Shown here: one piece after another, positions 55,452 through 64,000 of the stretch | How positions within the stretch are numbered: position 1 is the first letter of the stretch | How the letters are laid out: each line of letters starts with the position of its first letter | NCBI GenBank assembly: GCA_965240325.2 | Contig: OZ251231.1 | Coordinates: 2,170,001-2,234,000, forward strand | Direction of reading: 5' to 3' | Length of the DNA: 64,000 nt | Source of the DNA: Rebecca billardiae RCC1528 | Taxonomy: Eukaryota > Protista > Haptophyta | Translations under genes and position numbers: made by a program | The notes under the pieces: generated by a model | What the model was told of the DNA's origin: nothing | Seen by the model: only the letters and a program-made list of their open reading frames with translations | Databases searched by the model: none

Positions 55452-55812
55452 AGACGAGTCTGCGCGGGCCAGTTCAGATTCGCGCGGTCCTAACGGTAAC
55501 GTAAGGCCTGTATGTGCATCTCCGGACTCCGTCGCCGATCTCCAGATCCCATCTGGCCATCTCCACAATCACATTTCTCCACTCTCCAGATCGGACTTGT
55601 TCATCATCGGTCCTTCTCCTCCTTCGCTGAAGTCCGGCTCGCCAAGGGTGGCAGTGGCGCGCGCAGCAGGGCTGTCCGGACTAGTACTCGCGTGGCGATT
55701 AGGGCGCCGCCGACCGAAACAGAAAGTGTCGCCTTCCTGTTCGGATCGGCGATTCGCGGGCGTTGAAACTGGACCGACCTGAGGACGGCCGACGGCGTCG
55801 GCGCCAGGACTA

Positions 55813-58134
55813 ATGCTCCGCCGCAAGCAGCGCTCCGCCAGCGTGCATGCCGTCGTCCCGAAGCCTATGCCGACGTCTGAGCCGCCTTCCACCAGCACTT
55901 CCCGGCGCAACTCGATCGTCGACATGCTGCACCAACGCCGCATGTCGCTGCGGCGCACGTCGTCCATCCAGTCGTCCACGTCGTCGTCCTCGGGCGAGGA
56001 GCCCGAGCCCGAGAGCTCTTTCACGGGCAAGGCGCTGCAGCGCGCGCTACCAGGCAAGATCTTGACGGAGGCGCTGCGCCACAGCATGCCCCACTACCAG
56101 GCGTCGTCGCAGCCCGAGTTCCCGCCCGACATTGTGCTGCAGGAGTGCGGCTCCGCGCGGCGCACGGCGCTCGAGAGCGCCGCGAGGAGCATGCCCAAGA
56201 CGGCCGAGCTCGACGCGTTCACGGTCTCGCTGTACGCCTTCACGCTCCGCCACATGACCCCCGACGTGTACGTCGCGCACAACTACGTCCGCGCGCTCGC
56301 GCGCCGCGCGCGTCCGCTCAAGAAGGACACGGTGCTCGGCTTCCGCATCCCCGCGTACGTCGAGGAGACGGACGTGCCCGCGTCGGTGCGCGTGGCGATG
56401 ACGACGCAGGCGCCGCTGGTGAAGGCGATCCTCGGCGACTTCGCCCCCGTGTACGAGGCGCAGCGGCTCATGTTCGCCTCCAAGGAGGAGGCCGCCGTCT
56501 ACTTTGACCTCACGCTCCGGCCGCACCTGCCGATGTGCGGCGCTTACGTGGGCGCGACCGACCGCGCCAAGCACGTCGACGGCGACTTCGTGGCGCACTG
56601 CTTCTACGGGCTCGGCGCGTACTACATGGTCGCGATCGCGCCGGGTGCCGACGCCGAGCCGCCCAGCTGGCCCAAGCGCGAGGCCTCCACCACGTGCGTG
56701 CCGCCGGCCGGCGCGGTCGCCGTGGTCGATCTCTCCGCCATCTCGCGCCACCCGGTGCGCGACGAGGAGCACTTTGTGCGGTACGGGGCCGCGGCCTTCT
56801 TCGACGTGGCGCGGCAGCCGCTGGGGATCTGGCTCGAGGCGGATCTGCAGATGATGCGCCCGGGTGATCCGGACTGGGAGTGGGCCGTGTGGCGCTTCAA
56901 GTGCACGCTCATCTGTGCGCCGCGGCGCGCGCGGCGCGCGCGGGCAACTGCGCGCGCTCGCGCCGGGCGCGGCCAGGCGCGGCGCCGTCTCGCGCGCTCA
57001 CCGAGCGCGCCGCCGCCCCACCCCCTCCCGCCGCCGGCGCTCCGCGCTCCGGCGTGCGCGCTGCGTGCAGACCAGTCGTTCACGCTGGAGCACCTCGTGC
57101 GCTGCCACTGGATCGTCTCGAACACGCTCACCATCGCGCTGCGCGAGGGGCTGCACGGCTGCCACCCGATCCGGCTGCTGATGCGGCCGCACACGTTTGC
57201 GTCCATCACCATCAACCAGGCGGCCGTGGTCAAGCTCGCCTCGCGGCACACGGGCACGTTCCGGATCGGCGCGCACACGCAGGAGGCGATCGAGGCGGGG
57301 ATCGGCGAGATGACCGACAAGTTCGAGTACCGCACCTTCCACGAGCACCTCGCCGCCAAGGGCGCCTTCCCCGCCGAGTTTGGGTTTGAGCGGCTGCCGT
57401 ACGCGCAGGACGGGCGCGCGCTCTGGGACGCGACCGCGACGTTCCACAAGCGGTACGTGCAGCACTTCTACCCGAGCGAGGCGGTGCTGCGGGGGGACGC
57501 GCAGCTGGTGCGCTTCTGGGAGCTCGCCGACACGGGCGCGATGGAGCGCCGCCGCTTCGGCCTGCCCGCCGAGCTCACGCGCTCGAATCTGTGCGACTTC
57601 CTCACCTTCTGCGCGTTTGAGGCGACGGCGGTGCACGAGCTGCTCGGTGCGCGCGCGCGCGCGCGCGCGGCGGCCTCGCGCGCCCGCTCGCGCGCTCATG
57701 GCGTGCTCGCTTGTGCGCGCGCGTCCGTCCGCGCGTGGGCAGGCTCGCAGCTGCTCGACGTCTCGCTGCCCACCACCTTCAACGGGCGCATCCACGCGCG
57801 CAGCTACTTCCGCCAGCCGGACGGCTCCGAGCGGTTCCAGTGCTCGGTGCAGGACTGGTACCGGATCGCGATGGCGACGGCGGCGACGACGACCTTGCCC
57901 GTGCCCCATCTTATCCCCGAGATGCGGCACTTTGCGCGGCTGTGGGAGGACCGCAAGCACCCGCTGCCGGGCCACAGCCCGTCGTACGTCGTGTCCGCGC
58001 TCTACAAGGACTACGCGCACGCGCTGCAGCGGCTGGCGGAGACCATCGACGAGGAGAACCGCACGCTGGCTACGCGGAGCAGCGCGTTCGGCGCGTTCAA
58101 CCCGCGCGTGCTCGAGACCTCGGTCAGCCTGTAG
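55813..58134 (+). CDS. Lipoxygenase-like protein (probable in-frame introns 56915-57070 and 57647-57742)
   Basis: HLVRCH (HxxxxH), HPIRLLMRPH, INQAA, PYAQDGRALWDA, TAVHE and C-terminal ETSVSL. Confidence 0.8.
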   Translation: MLRRKQRSASVHAVVPKPMPTSEPPSTSTSRRNSIVDMLHQRRMSLRRTSSIQSSTSSSSGEEPEPESSFTGKALQRALPGKILTEALRHSMPHYQASSQPEFPPDIVLQECGSARRTALESAARSMPKTAELDAFTVSLYAFTLRHMTPDVYVAHNYVRALARRARPLKKDTVLGFRIPAYVEETDVPASVRVAMTTQAPLVKAILGDFAPVYEAQRLMFASKEEAAVYFDLTLRPHLPMCGAYVGATDRAKHVDGDFVAHCFYGLGAYYMVAIAPGADAEPPSWPKREASTTCVPPAGAVAVVDLSAISRHPVRDEEHFVRYGAAAFFDVARQPLGIWLEADLQMMRPGDPDWEWAVWRFKCTLICAPRRARRARATARARAGRGQARRRLARSPSAPPPHPLPPPALRAPACALRADQSFTLEHLVRCHWIVSNTLTIALREGLHGCHPIRLLMRPHTFASITINQAAVVKLASRHTGTFRIGAHTQEAIEAGIGEMTDKFEYRTFHEHLAAKGAFPAEFGFERLPYAQDGRALWDATATFHKRYVQHFYPSEAVLRGDAQLVRFWELADTGAMERRRFGLPAELTRSNLCDFLTFCAFEATAVHELLGARARARAAASRARSRAHGVLACARASVRAWAGSQLLDVSLPTTFNGRIHARSYFRQPDGSERFQCSVQDWYRIAMATAATTTLPVPHLIPEMRHFARLWEDRKHPLPGHSPSYVVSALYKDYAHALQRLAETIDEENRTLATRSSAFGAFNPRVLETSVSL

Positions 58135-58662
58135 TCGTGCCGATGGCCGCCGCTCTAAAGCGGTGAACGTGGTGCCGGGGGGGGGGCCGCGTGTGGGGAG
58201 GACCATGTAACGTTATCCCTTTGTTGAATACGCCAGTATTATACCCTTTCGGGTATCATCTGATGGCGTTCGGGAAAAGGTATCAGACTATGACGCAGTA
58301 CGCTACTAGTACTTAGTACTTACCGAATAAGATCGTGTGCGTTTCGTCAGGCCGCTCATCATAGTGTGGTCAAGGAGTCTTTAAAAACCCCTTGGTGTGG
58401 TGACGTTTGGTTTAAAAGTAGGGTGATGAATAAGAGGGTAAACCGGGTTTTCATAGGCGAGTTGGGAATCGCGATCTCAAGGCGCGCGAGGCGCGCACGA
58501 GATCGCCTTTCACCCCCGAGCTTTCACCACCAAACTACCGCCCTTGACCAAACCCCGCGAGATTGTGGGTCGTTGGGCGGTTTGCGATCGCCAACTGCAC
58601 CCACCGGAGCCGTCTGCCGATCCTCACCGCCGAGCCCACGCACAACGCACCCGCAGGCTGCG

Positions 58663-60582
58663 ATGAAGGGCTTGCTGAAGAGGCTCAAGCCGCGCGAGTC
58701 GTCGTCCGCAAGCGAGAGCGGCGAAACGGCGAGCATCTGGGGCACCAAGAACGCGCCCATCCACTCGCAGGGTTACATCAAGCCGTTGCGCTCGTCGCGC
58801 ATCTCCCCGTCGCTCGGCCGCGGCAGCGCGGCCGACCCGTCCGCGATCGAGGCGGAGTACGTGAACGAGATCGAGCGGCTGAGGCAGGAGGTGCAGTCGC
58901 TCCAGGCGCGTCTCGGCGAGGCGGGCGCCTCCCAGAAGTTCCCCGTCCACACGCTCCACAACGCGCCCCCCGTTCGCGTCTCGCTCCCGACGGAGCGGAG
59001 GACGGGCGACGAGGTCACCGTCCTCGCGGGGGCGGTCGCCGTCGCGCTGGACCGCGCGGACGCGCTGCCGACGACGCGCCCGCAGCCCAACCCGGCACTC
59101 GCGACGCCGTCGGGCGCGCCCCTGCAGCTCCTCCTCCCGCCCGGCCGCAGCGCGCGCGAGAGCGCGTCCAAGGTGATGTCGGTGGGGAACGTCGAGCTGA
59201 GCGAGCAGCGGCGGCGGCACCTCGCGCAGCTGATGGCGGTGCCGATCGACGTGGTGGACGCGACGGAGGCGGATCGCGCGATGAGCACGCCGAACTCGCC
59301 GCGCGAGGGCCAGCGCCTCCGCCGTGAGCGCCAGCGCCGCCGCCAGCTGATTGACAAGGCGCCCGAGTCGCCGGGCGGCACGCCGACGCGCGCCGCCGCG
59401 GCGAAGCGTCCCAAGTTCCACTTCTCGCCCGCCAAGACCGCGCCGGTCGGCGGCAGCCTCGCGCAGCCGCGCTCCGCGCTGCCCCCCACGCGCATCGACA
59501 CGTCCGCGCCCGAGCGCGCCGTGCAGCTCTCCGAGCTCGTGATGCTGCGCCCGCTCGGCACGGGCGGGTACGGCGCGGTCGGGCTCGCGCGGCTGCCGCG
59601 CACCGAGGTCGTGTACGCGGTCAAGGCGGTGAGCAAGGCGCACGTCACCTCGGCGCCGAGCGGCGGGCCCGCCGCCGTGATGCGGCTGCGCCGCGAGCGC
59701 GACGCGCTCTTCGCGCTGCAGGGCCACCCGTGCGTGCTCCGGCTGGACTCGACGCACGCGGACGCGGGCCACGTCTACTTGGTGACCGAGGCGTGCATGG
59801 GCGGCGAGCTGCTGCGCCTGCTGCGCGCCAGCCTGCTCTCGGCGGAGGACGCGGCGTTCTACGCGGCGGGCGTGGTGCTCGCGCTGCAGGCGGCGCACGC
59901 GCGCGGCATCGCGCACCGGGACATCAAGCCCGAGAACGTGCTGATCGACGCGTCGGGCTTTGTGCGCCTCGCCGACTGGGGCGCGGCCGTGTTCGTGGGC
60001 ACGCCCGACAGCCCGGGCGACGCAAAGTCGGGCGGGCGCACGCTCACGCGCTTTGGCACGCTCGAGTACATGTCGCCGGAGGTGGCGCGCGGCAAGGGCG
60101 TGGGCGGCGACGGGCACACCCTCGAGACCGACTGGTGGTCGCTCGGCGCGCTCATCTTCGAGATGCTCGTCGGCCGCACGCCGTGCGTCGGCGCGGCGCA
60201 GGACACGGACCAGGACGTGCTCAAGCGCATCGCGCGCGGCGAGGTGATCTGGCCGCGCGAGGGCGAGCAGAAGCTCACGCCCGTCGCCGCCGACCTGCTG
60301 GCTGGCCTGCTCCGCCGCGACGAGACGAAGCGGCTCGGCGCGCGCGGCACGGGCGGCGCGGAGGCGGTGCGCAAGCACCCCTTCTTTGCGAACATCTCGT
60401 TCAGCGCCATCGCCAACCGCTCGGGCATCCAGCCGCCGTGGCGGCCCGAGCTGGGCGCGTCGGACGACAACTCGTTCTCGCCCGGCGCGACCAACCCCGG
60501 CCGCTTCGTCGAGATGCTCAACAGCGCGCTCGGCGCGCAGTACGACGCGGAGGAGTGGGATCCGCACTTTGCCGACTTCTAA
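58663..60582 (+). CDS. AGC-group (PKA/PKG-like) Ser/Thr kinase with an N-terminal extension
   Basis: GTGGYG, YAVK, HRDIKPEN, DWG, GTLEYMSPE, DWWSLG, RLG...HPFF and a C-terminal FADF hydrophobic motif. Confidence 0.9.
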   Translation: MKGLLKRLKPRESSSASESGETASIWGTKNAPIHSQGYIKPLRSSRISPSLGRGSAADPSAIEAEYVNEIERLRQEVQSLQARLGEAGASQKFPVHTLHNAPPVRVSLPTERRTGDEVTVLAGAVAVALDRADALPTTRPQPNPALATPSGAPLQLLLPPGRSARESASKVMSVGNVELSEQRRRHLAQLMAVPIDVVDATEADRAMSTPNSPREGQRLRRERQRRRQLIDKAPESPGGTPTRAAAAKRPKFHFSPAKTAPVGGSLAQPRSALPPTRIDTSAPERAVQLSELVMLRPLGTGGYGAVGLARLPRTEVVYAVKAVSKAHVTSAPSGGPAAVMRLRRERDALFALQGHPCVLRLDSTHADAGHVYLVTEACMGGELLRLLRASLLSAEDAAFYAAGVVLALQAAHARGIAHRDIKPENVLIDASGFVRLADWGAAVFVGTPDSPGDAKSGGRTLTRFGTLEYMSPEVARGKGVGGDGHTLETDWWSLGALIFEMLVGRTPCVGAAQDTDQDVLKRIARGEVIWPREGEQKLTPVAADLLAGLLRRDETKRLGARGTGGAEAVRKHPFFANISFSAIANRSGIQPPWRPELGASDDNSFSPGATNPGRFVEMLNSALGAQYDAEEWDPHFADF

Positions 60583-60660
60583 GAGTCAGAGCTTACTGTC
60601 ATACTAGCCACCGTGACCGTACAAGCCACAAGGACTCACTTCGCCTGCCGCTGCTGTACA

Positions 60661-60682
60661 TGTGCGTCTCTTATTCTTAGTA
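60661..60682 (+). repeat. 22-bp dispersed motif TGTGCGTCTCTTATTCTTAGTA, copy 2
   Basis: Exact match to 3790-3811. Confidence 0.8.
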
Positions 60683-61136
60683 GTTCTTAGTAGGTCAGTA
60701 AACTACATGCATGTATGATACACCTTCTTGAGCGGTATCGTGATTGAGTGGGGGTACTGTGCTTGGCGGGTCTTTGTGTCTACATACAATCATGAGACTT
60801 TTTGGGTGGCCTGACCTCTCGTGCACTGCATATCCGCCGAATATGGTGAGGCCCACTTTCGACTTTGTAGTCCAGCACACCCTGATCTGATGAAGACGAC
60901 CCGCATTACCGTTCACGACATAAAGCGCTACCGCGGAAGCTACCGCGGAAATTGAGGCGCGGGTACCTCTGTATCTCTGACGCACACGCACATGTTCAAA
61001 CTTGATGCTCCTCCCGACTCTTCCATAGGCGAATTTAACCCCGCCGCGACTTCCCATGAACGGGAAATACCGCCGTCCTCCCCGGAGTCCCGCCGCGACA
61101 GGGCTCGGCGCAGCCGCCCATCAACGGGACGTGCTG

Positions 61137-63053
61137 ATGTCGACCCCGAAGCCGGCGCAGGCTGCAGTGGCCGCCCTGCGAACGGCTGTCGAGACGGCGC
61201 GAACCCTCTCGCGCCCACTCGCCACTGTCAACGACCGCACGCATGTCCGCGAGCTCATCTCCGAGCTCGAAAGCCTCCTGCTGGGAGGAACGGCAGCGTC
61301 GGGGTGTGTGGGCGCCGGCGGATCGCGGCGCGTCGCGGAGAGCGCTGGCCCACCGCGTGCGCTTCATTTGCTTGATCTGCCGGCTCCTCTCATCGTCCGC
61401 ATCCTCTCCATGCTCGATGACCCGGCCGATCTCGCGCGCGCTCGCCGGCTGTGCCGGCGGTTTGGTGCGCCGCGCAGGCCGGAATCTCTCGTCGAGCACG
61501 CGCTCGTTGCTCGCGCCCGTGGCCGCGGCGAGTTCGTGCCGAAGACGACGCTCAAAGCTAGCGCATCGGCGCGCACGGCTGCACTGCTCGACGCCGGGCG
61601 CCGCATACGCGCCGCCGGCGGTCACCGCCCTGTGGTGAGCCTGGGCGGCGAGACCGCCGCGTTCATCGATGTCGACGGGCAGCTGCTCACGACGGGGGCG
61701 TATCGCGGGGTGGAGAGCATGGAGGACGAGTTGAACGACACGGCATCGGACGATGGCCAAGACGACGAAGACGCGGCCGTGCGCGAGGACGCGCTGGCGG
61801 CCCTCGGCCAGGGCCACCTGTACGTGGGCGGCTCTCGTCTGGGGACGTGCACGCCCCAGCCCGCACTCACCGCAGTGCGCGTCGTCGCCGTCTCCGTCGG
61901 CTTCGCGCACACGCTCGCGATCGCCGAGGGCGGCAGCGTGCTCTCGTTCGGTGCGGGCAAGAATGGGCGCCTCGGCCACGGAGACGAGCAGAACCGTTAC
62001 AAGCCGACGCCGGTTGGCGGCCTGCTCGGCGCGCGCACGGCCATCGGCGTCGCCGCGGGCTACTACTGCTCGCACGTCGTCAGCTCGGACGGCGAGCTCT
62101 TCTCGTTCGGCGCGGGCAGCCTCGGCCGGCTCGGGCTGGGCGACGAGGCGGACCGGCATCTGCCCACGCGCGTGGAGGCGCTCGTCGAGGAGCGCGTGGT
62201 AAGTGCCTCCGCTGGCGCGACCCACGGCTTTGCCACCACCCTCGACGGCAAGGCCTGGGCGTTTGGCAACGGCGCGTACGGCCGGCTCGGGCTCGGCGAC
62301 GAGCAGTCGCACCTTGTGCCGACGTGCGTCAAGGCGCTGTCGGCCGAGCACGTGGTGAGCGTGTCGGCGGGGCTGGACCACTCGCTTTTCGTCACCGCCT
62401 CGGGCGCGGCGTACTCGTGCGGCGGCGGCTGGTTCGGCCGGCTCGGCCACGGCGATCTCGCAGACGAGCTCACGCCGAGGCGCATCGGCGGCAGGCTGCT
62501 TGGCAAGCGCGTCGTGGCGGCCGCGGCCGCGTGCCTGCACTCGCTCGTCGTCACGGCAGACGGCGAGCTGTACGCGTTCGGACGTGGCGACCACGGACGC
62601 CTCGGCACGGGCAACACCTCGCTCCACCCTGCCACGCCCGAGCGCGTCCTGGGAGGCATTGAGCACGAGCGTGTCGTCGGCGCGTGCGCCGCGCTCAACT
62701 CGTCCTCCGTCACGACGGCGTCGGGTGGCGTGTACACCTTCGGCTCGGGCGTGGGCGGGCTCCTGGGCCACGGCGACGGGCTGCGCCGATTGCGCCCGAC
62801 GCGCATCGCCGAGCTGCGGGTTGGCGTGCACGCCGAGCAGGCCGAGGTCTGCCGGGCGCGCTCCAACACGACTGCGCCTGACCCGGCCGACGGCCGAAGC
62901 AACGCACGTGCTTGCGCAGGCAACGAGTCGGGGCCGAGCGCAGGCGTGGCTGGCGGCTCCACCAACGCGCTGGACTTCATTCCACCACCCCAGCATGTCC
63001 CGTCATGCCGCCTGTCTTTTCACTCGCTCACCGATCTACATGAGTCCTGGTGA
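61137..63053 (+). CDS. F-box-like plus RCC1-repeat (UVR8/HERC-like propeller) protein
   Basis: An F-box-like LLDLPAPLIVRILSML...CRRF segment, then about 6-7 repeats of G.(V/L)..FG.G..GRLG.GD....P..V. Confidence 0.88.
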   Translation: MSTPKPAQAAVAALRTAVETARTLSRPLATVNDRTHVRELISELESLLLGGTAASGCVGAGGSRRVAESAGPPRALHLLDLPAPLIVRILSMLDDPADLARARRLCRRFGAPRRPESLVEHALVARARGRGEFVPKTTLKASASARTAALLDAGRRIRAAGGHRPVVSLGGETAAFIDVDGQLLTTGAYRGVESMEDELNDTASDDGQDDEDAAVREDALAALGQGHLYVGGSRLGTCTPQPALTAVRVVAVSVGFAHTLAIAEGGSVLSFGAGKNGRLGHGDEQNRYKPTPVGGLLGARTAIGVAAGYYCSHVVSSDGELFSFGAGSLGRLGLGDEADRHLPTRVEALVEERVVSASAGATHGFATTLDGKAWAFGNGAYGRLGLGDEQSHLVPTCVKALSAEHVVSVSAGLDHSLFVTASGAAYSCGGGWFGRLGHGDLADELTPRRIGGRLLGKRVVAAAAACLHSLVVTADGELYAFGRGDHGRLGTGNTSLHPATPERVLGGIEHERVVGACAALNSSSVTTASGGVYTFGSGVGGLLGHGDGLRRLRPTRIAELRVGVHAEQAEVCRARSNTTAPDPADGRSNARACAGNESGPSAGVAGGSTNALDFIPPPQHVPSCRLSFHSLTDLHESW

Positions 63054-63211
63054 CTTGGCGTCATCGCGCCCTTCGGAATGCACGCCGATCCGGATTCGGT
63101 TGCAGACTCAGCGGTCCGCGCGCGGTGGGCTGATAGCCTTACACGTACTGCTGCTGACAGTAGTCATCTAGCAGCTGACTATAGCTGATTCGAGGTTCCC
63201 TATCTGTATCA

Positions 63212-64000
63212 TCATCGCACGGTGGGTGCTGCCATTGTGACCGTGCTGCTGCTCTCCTGCTCGCGGAAGGCCGCGCAGCGCCGAAGCGCCACAGGATCTC
63301 CGCAGGGACGCTTGGACCCTGCAGTGCCGCGGAAGACCATGCTGTACGACGACTCCACGCCGCGCACCTCTGGAACAGTGTCGGTCGACACCATGCCAAA
63401 CGGGCAGCCCGGCGAGATCGCGCGAAAGAAGCGCGCGCGCCGCGTGCCGCCGCTCAGCTCGTGGTCGTCGTCGTCATCCTCATCGTCGAGTGCGTCGCCA
63501 AGGAGGCTCGCGTCGTGAGGGCTGCTAGCCACCCCCACGCCATCAGCGTTGGCGCTTGGGGAAGGCAGCGCGCCAACGCCGTGCGGCGTACAAGCCGCGT
63601 CCATCTCGTGCGCGAGCTGCCAGCCGTGCAGGTCGCTCGCAAGCCGCTCGGCCATGTCCACGCTGTCGCCGGGCGCAGTGGTCGCGCAGCTGCGCGTCTC
63701 CTCGTCCGCGCACAGCCACTCGGAGCGAAGCACGGAGTCCAGACTGGCGCGCTTGCACGGCTCGGCGACGAGCATCGAGTTGACAAGGGAAACGAGCGGC
63801 GCGGACCACGAGCACTCGCGAGAGTAGAACGAGTGGATCACGTGCACCGCCGACTTGCCGCAGCGCATCTCGTACTTGAGCCGCGCGAAGCGCCAGTCGC
63901 GCTGCGTCGCCTCGTCCAGCGGGAAGAAGCCCGCGCACATCGCGAAGAGGCAGATGCCGAGCGACCACACGTCGGCGGCGAAGCAGCCGTATCCCGCGTT
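63212..64000 (-). CDS. Ser/Thr protein kinase (CAMK-like), C-terminal part (5' end outside the window)
   Basis: AADVWSLGICLFAM..GFFP (subdomain IX) and ML..EP.KR.S...VL...WL (subdomain XI). Confidence 0.85.
   Translation of the reverse strand, partial: NAGYGCFAADVWSLGICLFAMCAGFFPLDEATQRDWRFARLKYEMRCGKSAVHVIHSFYSRECSWSAPLVSLVNSMLVAEPCKRASLDSVLRSEWLCADEETRSCATTAPGDSVDMAERLASDLHGWQLAHEMDAACTPHGVGALPSPSANADGVGVASSPHDASLLGDALDDEDDDDDHELSGGTRRARFFRAISPGCPFGMVSTDTVPEVRGVESSYSMVFRGTAGSKRPCGDPVALRRCAAFREQESSSTVTMAAPTVR

Noticed and set aside
42739-58134. Apparent lipid-metabolism cluster (LPEAT, DHCR7, PEX13, LOX)
   Set aside because: The pathways are unrelated and interspersed with SF3B2 and SLC6; nothing indicates more than chance adjacency.
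60695-61057. 120-aa minus-strand ORF in a lower-GC patch
   Set aside because: No motif and atypical codon usage; more likely non-coding or a repeat relic.

Overview
Gene-dense, very GC-rich eukaryotic DNA with short GC-rich spliceosomal introns (donor mostly GTGCGC, acceptor usually GCAG). Base composition, intron style and plastid-type genes (CRTISO-like, SOUL) suggest a secondary-plastid alga, probably a haptophyte of the Pavlovales type; this is an inference. About 25 protein genes are recognisable: a TRP-like channel (partial), a GT25+methyltransferase fusion, a HET/TIR-like protein, a ~3150-aa four-domain EEEE Ca2+ channel with a TPR/IQ/Kelch tail, a PLOD-type glycosyltransferase, an SMPDL3-like phosphodiesterase, ALG12, a PC-esterase, an inositol dehydrogenase-like enzyme, SOUL, CRTISO-like, a 3xAP2 protein, LPEAT2/LPCAT, DHCR7, PEX13, SF3B2, an SLC6 transporter, a lipoxygenase, an AGC kinase, an F-box/RCC1 protein and a partial kinase. 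The most striking structure is an 8.35-kb tyrosine-recombinase-type (DIRS/PAT/Ngaro-like) retroelement at 28713-37066. It has split direct repeats (A1...B1A2...B2) that look identical by eye, a shared CA crossover core at all three junctions, a decayed RT/RNase H ORF and a CCCH gag-like ORF arranged divergently, no visible recombinase, and an internal array of about 19 hairpin-rich 183-bp units. All protein assignments come from motif recognition by eye; no searches were run.
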